IMG/VR virus record: IMGVR_UViG_3300028653_000011
Strand: one strand, 5' to 3'
Length of the DNA: 64,000 nt
From: a virus
Taxonomy: Duplodnaviria > Heunggongvirae > Uroviricota > Caudoviricetes
Part shown: positions 9,408 through 18,794 of the stretch, piece by piece
Layout: every line of letters begins with the position of its first letter
Numbering within the stretch: position 1 is the first letter of the stretch
Notes under the pieces: model-generated
Seen by the model: only the letters and a program-made list of their open reading frames with translations
Databases searched by the model: none
What the model was told of the DNA's origin: nothing
Position numbers and translations under genes: made by a program

Positions 9408-10004
9408 CAGCGCCTCGGCGCGGGGCTTGCGAGCCCTGTCGGTCGTCTTGATGTCCTTGGGCGGGTCTTTCGCTCGGGCCGACAATACGTTCCACACTAG
9501 GTCGCGGTCGATGGCTTTGGGCAGGTGCTTGGTGAAGTTGGCCTTGTCACCCGCTCCGAGCCATTGCCGCATCTGGGTGCCCGACACGTTGACGGTCTGT
9601 GACCGCTCGATGGGCCGGAGTTTAATCTGCCCGTGGGCGAGAAGGTTGCCTGCATACTTGCTCAAGGTGGCGTAGTTGGCCTTCAGGTCGTCGGGGTCGG
9701 AGTAGATGTTGAAGGTGTCAGTGGAACCTGCTGTGTCGGCATCGCCCAATTCTTTGTAGACGTGGCCGATGGGTGAGCCACCGTAGGTGACGGTGACGTT
9801 GGCGGGTAGACTGGGCTCGATCGTCTCGTCCCACAGCTTCTTCATGTCGGCGCCGACGATGGGCACCTCACCCGGCCGCGCCCGATCGCTCAACGACACG
9901 TAGAGGTGCACTTCATCGTTGTTGCGCGCGGCGATGTTGACAAGGGCACTATGGCCAGCCTGCCAGGGCTTGAATGATCCCGCGATGATGCCGATCTTTG
10001 CCAA
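9372..10004 (-). CDS. cytidylyltransferase-like nucleotidyltransferase (NMNAT/NadD-like)
   Basis: GSFKPWQAGH (HxGH motif) and VSGTQMRQ (ISSTxxR-like motif). 210 aa. Confidence 0.65.
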   Translation of the reverse strand: MAKIGIIAGSFKPWQAGHSALVNIAARNNDEVHLYVSLSDRARPGEVPIVGADMKKLWDETIEPSLPANVTVTYGGSPIGHVYKELGDADTAGSTDTFNIYSDPDDLKANYATLSKYAGNLLAHGQIKLRPIERSQTVNVSGTQMRQWLGAGDKANFTKHLPKAIDRDLVWNVLSARAKDPPKDIKTTDRARKPRAEALLRHYVKLLLGR

Positions 10005-10041
10005 GTGATAGTGTGCTCCTGTCCGTTATAAGGTAAGTACC

Positions 10042-10497
10042 ATGGACGACAAGAACAAGGTTCGCCGGAAGGCGACTTCATGTGGCGGTCTACCGTGGCG
10101 AGTTCACCTGGGTCGAGTGCAGGTGCTGTTAGTCAAGCAATTTTCACACAGTGACAACTGGGGCGTGCCTAAGGGTCACCTCAAACCCGGTGAATCGCTG
10201 GAGGACTGCGCACGGCGAGAAATTCGTGAGGAGACTGGCATCGACGTTGGGCTGACCGAGCGCCTGCCTGACATCACGACGGTGCACCGTGGTGAGGAAA
10301 AGACGGTGGTGCTGTGGCTAGCGCTGCCCACTGCCGACGTTGAACCCTATCACGACAACCCCGACAGTGAAGTCGCCGATGCGCGTTGGTTCAACATCGA
10401 TGCACTGCCCATGATTCACAACTACCAGCGCACCATTGTCAAACACGGCATCGAGGCGATCAAAGTTGATCTCAACAGCTACGTGCCATCGCCGTGA
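10042..10497 (+). CDS. NUDIX hydrolase
   Basis: Nudix box GHLKPGESLEDCARREIREETGI. Confidence 0.8.
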   Translation: MDDKNKVRRKATSCGGLPWRVHLGRVQVLLVKQFSHSDNWGVPKGHLKPGESLEDCARREIREETGIDVGLTERLPDITTVHRGEEKTVVLWLALPTADVEPYHDNPDSEVADARWFNIDALPMIHNYQRTIVKHGIEAIKVDLNSYVPSP

Positions 10498-10736
10498 ACC
10501 TCGTTGACCTAAAACCCGGCAGCGTGTTTTACTGCCCACACGGTGCCACGATGTGGAGTAAATCTGCGGGGACCGGCGCATCAAAGGCGTTGGGTAGACT
10601 AAACACCCGCGAGCTGTGTTTAGTGGTGGCCTTGACCAAGGAGTCTGTGCTGATCGTGACGTCAGCACCGCGCGCGGTGTGGATCGACAAGATCAGTCAA
10701 CACGGTGACAACGATCGCATCCGCAAGCTGTGGTGA
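10494..10736 (+). CDS. PGD-family small protein
   Basis: LKPGSVFYCPHG ... LCLVVAL ... AVWIDKI. ATGA-coupled. Confidence 0.4.
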   Translation: MNLVDLKPGSVFYCPHGATMWSKSAGTGASKALGRLNTRELCLVVALTKESVLIVTSAPRAVWIDKISQHGDNDRIRKLW

Positions 10737-10776
10737 TGTGCCTGTAACTTTGGTGTGCGTGGCATACTTATCAGCG

Positions 10777-11817
10777 ATGGCGTCCGACAAACTGCTACGT
10801 GAGTTCATCAGTGAGGTGGTGCTGCTCACTGAGGAGGGCGAAGGTGGGGGTGAATACGCTGACTTATCAATGGCAGATGCTACGGGCAGTCCCTACGGCA
10901 TGTCGTTCGGCTCCAACGACGACCTCTACAACACCTTCGTCAAACCCTTCACCGACGTGGTGGGCGTGGCCGCGGGCAAGACCAAGGCCCTGTCACAGAA
11001 GGGTCAAACCCTGGTACGCGTTGCCTTCGAGGCCGTGGCCACGACGCTGGTGCCCATCCTCCGCGACTCCTACGGCGAGATCTTCGAGAAGGAGAAAGAG
11101 GAACTCGACAAGATTCGTCGTGACTACCACGACGTCTTTCAGGCCACTTGGGATGCCTTCGAAGACCACGATGCGTTGCTGGCCGCATTCCTCCATGCGC
11201 CGGCGTCGTTCATCACGTCGCGATTGGCCAAGCAATCACCCAAGGTCGTCATCAAGATGATCAGCGTGCTGACGGGCGGCACCCTCGACACGTGGCTCGA
11301 TAAGGTGAAGAACGCCTTCGGTGTCGAGGGTGGCCCATCAGGTGCCAACAAGCCGGTGCACGGTGGTGACAGTGGGCCCATGGAGAGCACCCTGCATGAG
11401 GATGGGGGTAACCACCCACCCATTGAGCAGGTGCTGACCAGCGACAAGGTGAGGGCCCGTGTCGCCGATGCGCCGGTGACCAAGAAGTTGCAGCAACGTG
11501 GGACGGAGATCACGCGCGGCACCCTGGAGAAGGTCTACAAGCAGGCCAAGGGGGTGTTGGGTGCCAAGTCGCTGGAGCAATTGCAACAGTTGGTGCATAG
11601 ACCGCTCAAGGGCCTCGACAAGATGAAGGGCGTCCCACAACAGGAGCGTCAGGCGGCGGAACAGCAGATCTTGGCGGCGGCGAAAAAGTCGATGCGTGAA
11701 TTCTACACGAAAAACCTCGAGGGTCAGGTGAAGCAGGCGCTCGACCAGGGAGTGCCCGACGACTCGCCTTATATCAGTGACTACCGGCGCGTCATCAGCA
11801 AAATCAAAGCACTGTGA
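10777..11817 (+). CDS. leader-family hypothetical protein
   Basis: Internal ATG of track ORF 10705-11817. N-terminal MASDKLLREFISEVVLL closely parallels the NUDIX 24079 leader MASDRDLLRQLIREVL. Confidence 0.5.
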   Translation: MASDKLLREFISEVVLLTEEGEGGGEYADLSMADATGSPYGMSFGSNDDLYNTFVKPFTDVVGVAAGKTKALSQKGQTLVRVAFEAVATTLVPILRDSYGEIFEKEKEELDKIRRDYHDVFQATWDAFEDHDALLAAFLHAPASFITSRLAKQSPKVVIKMISVLTGGTLDTWLDKVKNAFGVEGGPSGANKPVHGGDSGPMESTLHEDGGNHPPIEQVLTSDKVRARVADAPVTKKLQQRGTEITRGTLEKVYKQAKGVLGAKSLEQLQQLVHRPLKGLDKMKGVPQQERQAAEQQILAAAKKSMREFYTKNLEGQVKQALDQGVPDDSPYISDYRRVISKIKAL

Positions 11818-11847
11818 TCGGTGTAGGATTACCTGAGGAGCACTCAC

Positions 11848-12168
11848 ATGGGCAATTGGACGATCGTGATCAAGGGCGTGGGCTGTCATCACAACATGGA
11901 CTACCTGGGCGACGCCGACCGCATGGCCGCCGAGTTCGTCAAGGCGCTGCGCAATGCGGGTCACAGCGTCTCGCACGCGGCAATCACCCACGGTGGTGAG
12001 ACCGACCTGTCACAGCCCACTGTCTACATCGACAATCAATCGACCAACAAGGGACCGCGGTGTGACAAGGAACTGCACCACACTGATGGTACAAAGCCCG
12101 AGCACTGTCGGTTGGTCGTGGCCCATGAGGGCGTCTGTCTCCCGCCGGTGAAGTGGGAGACGCTCTGA
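11848..12168 (+). CDS. hypothetical protein
   Basis: GAGGAG 9 nt upstream of the ATG. 106 aa, His/Cys-containing. Confidence 0.45.
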   Translation: MGNWTIVIKGVGCHHNMDYLGDADRMAAEFVKALRNAGHSVSHAAITHGGETDLSQPTVYIDNQSTNKGPRCDKELHHTDGTKPEHCRLVVAHEGVCLPPVKWETL

Positions 12169-12208
12169 TAGAGTGACCAAGTGTGCGGTGACGGTATAGA
12201 GTGACCGC

Positions 12209-12490
12209 ATGGCAAAGACAGCACCCGCAAAAGCAGTCGCAGAGATGATGCCCGACGAGATCACCGCCTTGCGCGCCGTGGTCAACGACTTCATGGGCCA
12301 AGTGAGTTCGATCGACAACGAGATTGAGACCCTGAAGGGGGATCGCAAAGAAGTCATCGAGTCCTTCAAAGACAAGCTCGATATGAAGACGTTGCAGACT
12401 GCGCTGAAGGTCATCAAGCTCCAGAACAGCATTGCGCACAAGGATGCCTATGACTTGTTCATGGAAGTCCTCGGCGATCCGGCCCAATGA
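12209..12490 (+). CDS. hypothetical protein
   Basis: TAGAGT -10-like hexamer 6 nt upstream. 93 aa. Confidence 0.45.
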   Translation: MAKTAPAKAVAEMMPDEITALRAVVNDFMGQVSSIDNEIETLKGDRKEVIESFKDKLDMKTLQTALKVIKLQNSIAHKDAYDLFMEVLGDPAQ

Positions 12491-12699
12491 ACCGCGGCAC
12501 CGCCTGCAATGACTGCATCAGGTGTGCAGAGATCAAGGTCGCCGCACGTGGGGTGCGCGCCACTCTTCTTGAACCTGAGTTGAATCGCATGTTCCTGTGT
12601 CCGACGTGTGGCAACAAGCGGTGTCCCAAGGCAACCTACCACGACAACAAGTGCACCGGCTCCAATGCGCCCGGACAGGAAGGCAGCGACTACAAATGA
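12487..12699 (+). CDS. small zinc-ribbon protein
   Basis: CNDCIRC ... CPTCGNKRC. ATGA-coupled on both sides. Confidence 0.45.
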   Translation: MNRGTACNDCIRCAEIKVAARGVRATLLEPELNRMFLCPTCGNKRCPKATYHDNKCTGSNAPGQEGSDYK

Positions 12700-14231
12700 G
12701 TGCCGATATTGAGTGGGATAAATCGGTGATCTTGAACGCTGACAATGAACATCTCCTTGCTTTGCCAGTCATGTCGTTCATCAAGGGATTGGTCGAGCGG
12801 TACGGCGCTAGCGTTGACACGTGTCTCGATGCCCGCAAGCACCGCAGCATCGTTGACTGCGACTTCGCTCGTTCACCCGAGGAGCTCGACTCATCATGGC
12901 GTGCGGCACCCCCACCTGCCGACCTCATCGATCGCCGCGTCGAGATCACCGGGCCGCCCACCCGCAAGGGCGTCATCAATGCTCTCAATTCGGGCGCTGA
13001 CGTCTTCATGGCCGACTTTGAGGACTCATGCTCACCGACGTGGGACAACCTGATCAGTGGTCAGGTCAATCTCTTCAATGCCGTTCGTCGCACCATTACC
13101 TACGACGATCCTACGACGGGCAAACACTACTCGCTCAATGACAAGCCAGCGGTGTTGATGGTCAGGCCCCGGGGCTGGCACCTCAAGGAGAAGCACGTCA
13201 GGCTCGATGGCAAGCCCGTGCCTGCGGCCCTGGTCGACTTCGGTCTCTATGTCTTCAACAATGCACACGAACTGTTGTCACGTGGGTCAGGCCCGTATCT
13301 GTACCTGCCCAAGATGGAGAGTCACCACGAGGCGAAGCTGTGGGACGATGTCTGTTCCTACGCAGAGCAGGTACTCAACCTGCCCATGGGCGCCATTCGC
13401 ACGACGTGCCTGATCGAGACGCTGCCTGCCGCCTTCTGTATGGACCGCATCATCTACGCCCTCCGCGACCGCATCGTGGGCCTCAACTGCGGGCGCTGGG
13501 ACTACATCTTCTCCTTCATCAAGAAGCGCCACGATGACCCGAGCGCGGTGTTACCCGATCGCTCGCTGTTGACGATGGACAAGGCATTCCTCAACGCCTA
13601 CGATGAGCTGTTGGTGCAGACGTGCCACAAGCGCGGCATCCACGCGATGGGCGGCATGGCGGCGCAGATCCCGATCAAGGGCAATGCCGAGGCCAATGAC
13701 GTCGCCATGGAGAAGGTACACACCGACAAGTTGCGTGAAGCAGCGATGGGCCACGACGGCACTTGGGTCGCCCACCCGGGTCTGATCCAGATCGCTCGTG
13801 AGGCCTTCAAGGACTGCGGGCCCAATCAGATCGATCGGCCACGCACCAATCGACCCATCACTCGCGACGAGCTGTTGTTGGTGCCGTCAGGTCCCTGCAC
13901 CGAGGAAGGCCTGCGCCACAACATCAGGGTTGGCATCCAATACCTCGAGGCGTGGTTGAGCGGCAATGGCTGCGTGCCCCTGTACAACCTGATGGAGGAC
14001 GCGGCGACGGCCGAGATCTCACGTGCCCAAATATGGCAGCAACTACACCACGGTGCGATCGTCGGCGGGCGCCCACTGACCTACGTCAGGTTGGCGGACA
14101 TCATCAGCCAAGAAACAATGCCACTGGTGGGCGCGCGGATCGACGATGCGATCAGGTTGTTCATGAAGGTTGCATGCGACCCGCACGAGTTCACCGACTT
14201 TCTGACGCTGCCCGCCTACGACATGCTGTAA
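12696..14231 (+). CDS. aceB: malate synthase A
   Basis: Collinear with E. coli AceB throughout (RRVEITGP, FMADFEDS, GLNCGRWDYIFS, MGGMAAQIP, GHDGTWVAHPGL, CVPLYNLMEDAATAEISR). ATG at 12696 overlaps the upstream stop. Confidence 0.9.
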   Translation: MSADIEWDKSVILNADNEHLLALPVMSFIKGLVERYGASVDTCLDARKHRSIVDCDFARSPEELDSSWRAAPPPADLIDRRVEITGPPTRKGVINALNSGADVFMADFEDSCSPTWDNLISGQVNLFNAVRRTITYDDPTTGKHYSLNDKPAVLMVRPRGWHLKEKHVRLDGKPVPAALVDFGLYVFNNAHELLSRGSGPYLYLPKMESHHEAKLWDDVCSYAEQVLNLPMGAIRTTCLIETLPAAFCMDRIIYALRDRIVGLNCGRWDYIFSFIKKRHDDPSAVLPDRSLLTMDKAFLNAYDELLVQTCHKRGIHAMGGMAAQIPIKGNAEANDVAMEKVHTDKLREAAMGHDGTWVAHPGLIQIAREAFKDCGPNQIDRPRTNRPITRDELLLVPSGPCTEEGLRHNIRVGIQYLEAWLSGNGCVPLYNLMEDAATAEISRAQIWQQLHHGAIVGGRPLTYVRLADIISQETMPLVGARIDDAIRLFMKVACDPHEFTDFLTLPAYDML

Positions 14232-14246
14232 ACAGAGAGGTGCGAC

Positions 14247-15629
14247 ATGGATGACATCAAACGACCCTACACTCCCGCTGACGTCAAGCGCCTGCAGGGC
14301 CGCACCCGAATCGTACACTCGCTGGCCGAGAATGGTGCCGGTCGATTACGTGCTATGATGGTGAACCAATCCGTGCGGGCGTTGGGAGCGCAGACTGGCA
14401 ACCAAGCGGTGCAGATGGTCAAGGCAGGATTGAAAGCCATATATGCGTCAGGTTGGCAAGTTGCCGCCGACGCCAACACGTCAGGCCAGACCTACCCAGA
14501 TCAGTCACTGTACCCCGTCGACAGCGTGCCCACCCTGGTCAGGCGCATCAACAATGCACTGCTCCGTGCCGAGCAGATCGATGCGATGGAAGAGGCAGAT
14601 GGCCAACGCAGCGAGAATCATCGTCACTGGTTAGCGCCCATCGTTGCAGATGCTGAGGCAGGCTTTGGCGGTCACCTCAACACCTATGAACTTGTCAAGG
14701 CGTTGATCGAGGCCGGTGCGGCAGGCATTCACCTCGAGGATCAGCTGTCGAGCGCGAAAAAATGCGGGCATTTAAATGGGAAAGTGCTCATCCCGACGTC
14801 TCAAGCGATCAACAACCTCGTCGCCGCCCGCCTCGCTGCCGACGTGCTCGAGGTGCCGACGGTCATCATTGCTCGCACCGATGCACTGAGTGCGCAATTG
14901 ATAACCAGTGATATTGACGAACGAGATCGCCAGTTCGTTGCACCAACTAGTCGCACTTCGGAAGGTTTCTACCACCTGACGGGCGATCCCATGCAGCGGA
15001 CGATCGCTCGTGGCCTCGCCTATGCGCCCTACGCCGACCTGCTGTGGTTCGAGACGTCAACGCCCGATTTGGCGCAAGCCAAGCAATTCGCTGAGGCGAT
15101 CCACGCACAGTTCCCGGGCAAGCAGTTGGCCTTCAATTGTTCGCCGTCGTTCAAGTGGCGCAAGCACCTGACGGACGATCAGATCGCCTCGTTTCAGGAT
15201 GACCTACACGCGATGGGTTATGTCTTCCTCTTTGTAACCCTCGCGGGTTGGCACGCCAATGCCAGCAGCGTCTTCGAACTGGCGCTCGATTATCACCAGC
15301 GTGGCATGGGTGCCTACGTCAAGTTGCAGGATCGGGAATTCACGCTCGAACAAGCGGGCTACACCGCCGTCAAGCACCAGCGCGAAGCCGGCACCTCATA
15401 CTTCGACGCGATCGTTAGTGTCATCACCGGCGGTACTTCGTCGACGTTAGCGATGAAGGGCTCGACTGAGGCCGAGCAGTTCTCTGAACATGCAACCCCG
15501 TACGGGGTAGGATTACCCTATGGCGAAGAAGTCGAAGAAGAAGCGGGAAAAGACGGTGGTGTGCACGGATGTCGGGCAAGCGAAGTTCGCGCCCCAGCAG
15601 ACGTACGCCCTGACGCTGACCCGGTTTGA
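14247..15629 (+). CDS. aceA: isocitrate lyase, with a ~45-aa C-terminal extension
   Basis: KKCGHLNGK catalytic motif, [22 protein letters not shown], ends ...GSTEAEQF like AceA. The frame then continues ~45 aa further and overlaps the next gene. Confidence 0.9.
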   Translation: MDDIKRPYTPADVKRLQGRTRIVHSLAENGAGRLRAMMVNQSVRALGAQTGNQAVQMVKAGLKAIYASGWQVAADANTSGQTYPDQSLYPVDSVPTLVRRINNALLRAEQIDAMEEADGQRSENHRHWLAPIVADAEAGFGGHLNTYELVKALIEAGAAGIHLEDQLSSAKKCGHLNGKVLIPTSQAINNLVAARLAADVLEVPTVIIARTDALSAQLITSDIDERDRQFVAPTSRTSEGFYHLTGDPMQRTIARGLAYAPYADLLWFETSTPDLAQAKQFAEAIHAQFPGKQLAFNCSPSFKWRKHLTDDQIASFQDDLHAMGYVFLFVTLAGWHANASSVFELALDYHQRGMGAYVKLQDREFTLEQAGYTAVKHQREAGTSYFDAIVSVITGGTSSTLAMKGSTEAEQFSEHATPYGVGLPYGEEVEEEAGKDGGVHGCRASEVRAPADVRPDADPV

Positions 15630-16038
15630 GGTCCTCCACCTACGCGACCTGTTTAGCATCACGTTGCCCACCGACGTCAAGCAGACGGTGAGCCAGGGAT
15701 TGGCCGCCGTCGAGGATCGAGAGATCGTCGAAGCCAAGCTGTGGCGCAAGGTCGCCACCTTGTGTCAAGCGGCGGCAGTGCCGACTGACGATGCGGCCCC
15801 TGACTTCGTCTGCGCGGCGTCGCAGGCACCCCCGGTCGGCGTCTTCAGGCTGGCGCACGATCCGCAGGAGGGTCAGGAGAATCAGTCACCAACCGGGAGC
15901 GTGTTGGATAACATCGTGACCGGTGATGAGAACGTTGATGATCCGGGTGACGACGACCCGTTCATGGGCGCCACGCCGTCATGGCCCACCGGTGAACCGA
16001 TCGGACAACGTACACCAAAGAAGGCGAAGCAGCCGTGA
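15520..16038 (+). CDS. hypothetical protein (Lys-rich N-terminus, acidic C-terminus)
   Basis: [12 protein letters not shown]-terminus. Overlaps the aceA tail in another frame. Confidence 0.45.
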   Translation: MAKKSKKKREKTVVCTDVGQAKFAPQQTYALTLTRFEVLHLRDLFSITLPTDVKQTVSQGLAAVEDREIVEAKLWRKVATLCQAAAVPTDDAAPDFVCAASQAPPVGVFRLAHDPQEGQENQSPTGSVLDNIVTGDENVDDPGDDDPFMGATPSWPTGEPIGQRTPKKAKQP

Positions 16039-16553
16039 CCGCCTACAAGATCGGCCAGCTGATCTATGTGGTTCTTCGTGGCCAGAACACGGTGTACCCG
16101 ATGATGATCACCGAGGTCATCAGCAAGCAGACGATGGAAGGTGACAGCATCACCTACATGGTCGCCGGGGGTTCAGGTACGGGCGCGCAGGTACTGCCGA
16201 TCGACAAGGTAGACGGTGAGATCTTCACGTCGGCGGCCGAAGTCAAGCGGATGTTACTCGAGCGGGCGACCAACGGCATCAACCAGCTGGTCAACAACGC
16301 CGTCACTAAGGCGAAGGAGTGGTACCCGACTGCAACAGAAGCGACGACTGAGGGGTGGAAGTCCAATACTGAACCTCCTCACAAGAGCATCCATGCGCCT
16401 GGGCCGCAGATCAAGGCGCGAGGTGCCAAGTCGACCAAGGCGCGCGAAGAAGTGCCGCCCGTGACTGAAGAATTACCCGTCGATGGTGATGGCGTCACAG
16501 TGCAGATGCCCGACGGCACTGTCGCCCGCGTCAAGCTACCCGCCTCGATGTGA
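16035..16553 (+). CDS. hypothetical protein
   Basis: GTGA-coupled. 172 aa. Confidence 0.45.
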   Translation: MTAYKIGQLIYVVLRGQNTVYPMMITEVISKQTMEGDSITYMVAGGSGTGAQVLPIDKVDGEIFTSAAEVKRMLLERATNGINQLVNNAVTKAKEWYPTATEATTEGWKSNTEPPHKSIHAPGPQIKARGAKSTKAREEVPPVTEELPVDGDGVTVQMPDGTVARVKLPASM

Positions 16554-16574
16554 TGGGAGCCGATAGTTAGCTAC

Positions 16575-16895
16575 ATGAAGACGACAGTGGGCAAGTTGAA
16601 GCAGTTCATCACAGAAGCGATGGACATTCCGCAGTTCAAGTCGATCAAGGGGTTGTCACGCTTTGTACACAACAAACATGCACACGGTACCGTGGTGACT
16701 CGGGAAGCGATCGCCTTCACCAATCCTCCTCCCGAAGCAGTCAGGTTCACCGTCGGCGCTGGTTATTTGGTCGGTTGGAACACTGATGACCCACGACAAC
16801 GTAACATTGATTGGGAGCTCCACATCAATGAGCCGGGTGGGTTTACCGATGGACCACCTTGGGAATACAAGTGGGTGAAAGTGGGGACGGGATGA
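16575..16895 (+). CDS. leader-family small protein
   Basis: N-terminal MKTTVGKLKQFITEA. Confidence 0.55.
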   Translation: MKTTVGKLKQFITEAMDIPQFKSIKGLSRFVHNKHAHGTVVTREAIAFTNPPPEAVRFTVGAGYLVGWNTDDPRQRNIDWELHINEPGGFTDGPPWEYKWVKVGTG

Positions 16896-17155
16896 AGACG
16901 ACAGTCGGCAAGCTTCGTAACCTCTGTGCTGAGGCGGTCTCGGCGCACCCCGACTACTTGAAAAAGGAAGCGCTGCGTGAGGCCCTCCAACAAATCATCA
17001 CCACGTCGGTAGCATCAGGTGATGTAGCGACCCAAGAAAGGCTCGATGGCCTCTTCGGCGACCTATCGATGGCACTGAACGCCTTGAAAGGCGTTCCCTT
17101 TGACGTGTGGGTGAAGATGGCGACGAAAGCGACGAAGGTGAGGAAGTCCCGTTGA
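16892..17155 (+). CDS. leader-family small protein (paralog of 16575)
   Basis: ATGA-coupled. N-terminal MKTTVGKLRNLCAEA. Confidence 0.5.
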   Translation: MKTTVGKLRNLCAEAVSAHPDYLKKEALREALQQIITTSVASGDVATQERLDGLFGDLSMALNALKGVPFDVWVKMATKATKVRKSR

Positions 17156-17538
17156 GTGATAACACGACGCCGGCGACGACGCTCTTCTACGTGTGGTTGA
17201 CGACCTTCGACACCAGCTATGTCGATCAACTGTGCCTCAAGCTGATCAAACGTGGCTTTGTGGTGGGGGCGATGGGCCGCAAGTTGTTCACTGAACACGA
17301 AGATAATGCCGTCAGCGTCGTTGCGTTGTCGATCCACCGTCATCCGGTGAGTGAAGAAGAGAAACGAGACTACACCGCGACGGGTATCCACGCCGAGATC
17401 ACCGACGTGTTGCGGACACTGAAGGCCAAGTGGGCCAGCATGGTGGTGTCAGTCACCGCAGGCTGCACGTGGAACATCGGTAATGTTCGGGTGACTGCCG
17501 CCGAACGCGCCGTCGAATTGACCAAGAAGTTGAACTGA
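17107..17538 (+). CDS. hypothetical protein
   Basis: 143-aa ORF with acidic N-terminus. Start uncertain. Confidence 0.35.
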   Translation: MGEDGDESDEGEEVPLSDNTTPATTLFYVWLTTFDTSYVDQLCLKLIKRGFVVGAMGRKLFTEHEDNAVSVVALSIHRHPVSEEEKRDYTATGIHAEITDVLRTLKAKWASMVVSVTAGCTWNIGNVRVTAAERAVELTKKLN

Positions 17539-17540
17539 AC

Positions 17541-17957
17541 ATGCGTGACGCGGGTTGGCTGGTGCTGGCGATCGTGGGTTGGGGTTGTTGGCCCGTCACC
17601 CAGGCGCTGGCGACTCGCTACATGCACCCGTTGTCAGTGCAGTTGACCAACGTTTGCATCTGTGGCGCGCTGGCGCCCATCCTCTACGTGTGGATGCGAT
17701 CGAACGCTCAAGTGGGCAGCTTCAACGTGCCCGGGGTGTTGTGGACGCTGGCGTCGACAGTGCTAGCGGGCATGGCGGGCCTCGGCTTTCTGTTCGCCAC
17801 CAAGCAACGACCCGCCAGTGAAGTGCTGTCGTACACTCAAGTCTACCCGGCCCTATCATTCATCATGTGTTGGGTGACACTGGGCGAGACGTTCACACTG
17901 GTGAAGGTCATCGGCGCGGTGCTGTTGGTCGCCGGTTGCGTCGTCATGAACCAGTGA
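17541..17957 (+). CDS. small 4-TM membrane protein (DMT/EamA-like)
   Basis: Four hydrophobic helices, C-terminal ...GAVLLVAGCVVM typical of small DMT-type transporters. Confidence 0.4.
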   Translation: MRDAGWLVLAIVGWGCWPVTQALATRYMHPLSVQLTNVCICGALAPILYVWMRSNAQVGSFNVPGVLWTLASTVLAGMAGLGFLFATKQRPASEVLSYTQVYPALSFIMCWVTLGETFTLVKVIGAVLLVAGCVVMNQ

Positions 17958-18044
17958 GGGTGCAAAAGTGCGGTGGTGTGAGGTAGGATGGTCACATGGC
18001 ATTATTGTTCACCAGCTGCCGACGGTGTGATAGAGTAGTACTCG

Positions 18045-18227
18045 ATGGCCACCAAGCTGCTCTTCACCCAGGTATATCACGGATTCGAGGCCTTTGCCGA
18101 CTACTTTCGTGACGTGCACGAAGCAGTCGATGCCGACTTCAACCCGGCGATGAAGGACATCCCGGGCGAGTTTCAAGGCAAGGTCACCGTCACAATCACC
18201 TACGAACCTGAGGACGACAACACATGA
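18045..18227 (+). CDS. small hypothetical protein
   Basis: TAGAGT 10 nt upstream of the ATG. 60 aa. Confidence 0.3.
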   Translation: MATKLLFTQVYHGFEAFADYFRDVHEAVDADFNPAMKDIPGEFQGKVTVTITYEPEDDNT

Positions 18228-18793
18228 GCGCGAAGCTGTCAACGGAGAAACTGAAGGAATTGATCGGCACCTGGCTGGCGACCGATGCGGCCCGACATGA
18301 CCTGAAGCACCACTCCGACCTCGACAATCCCGACGAGATGACGGTGGATTGGGCCAATGGCGACGTTGAAGTGACGCGGCTACAATACGTGTGCCGACTG
18401 TACGGTGCACCACTCGACTCAACGTTGGTGCAGCTCGAGGAGTTCATCTGGCACATGTGGTGCGATGGTTCGCAGTGGAAGCGCTGTGAGAAGCGCCAGT
18501 TGAAGGACGAGGCCGAGGACACCTTCACACAGGTGGAGTACATCGGCGAGTGGAAAAAGGGTCTGCCTGGCAACCAGCAGGCACGTCGCACTGTCGAATC
18601 GTTCCCGTGCGACCTGATGGGCGAGCACAACCCGGAGCTGGTCACCAAGTTCTTCAATGACCTGAAAGCGGCACAGAAGTGCATCTATCGCACGTTCGTG
18701 CCCAACAACCAGCTCGCCGACAACTACCGTCTCGAAGTGATCACCACACCCGATGACACTGAAGTCGTGGGCTGGTGGGTGACGGTGGACTGA
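18224..18793 (+). CDS. hypothetical protein
   Basis: ATGA-coupled. 189 aa. Confidence 0.5.
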   Translation: MSAKLSTEKLKELIGTWLATDAARHDLKHHSDLDNPDEMTVDWANGDVEVTRLQYVCRLYGAPLDSTLVQLEEFIWHMWCDGSQWKRCEKRQLKDEAEDTFTQVEYIGEWKKGLPGNQQARRTVESFPCDLMGEHNPELVTKFFNDLKAAQKCIYRTFVPNNQLADNYRLEVITTPDDTEVVGWWVTVD

Positions 18794-18794
18794 C

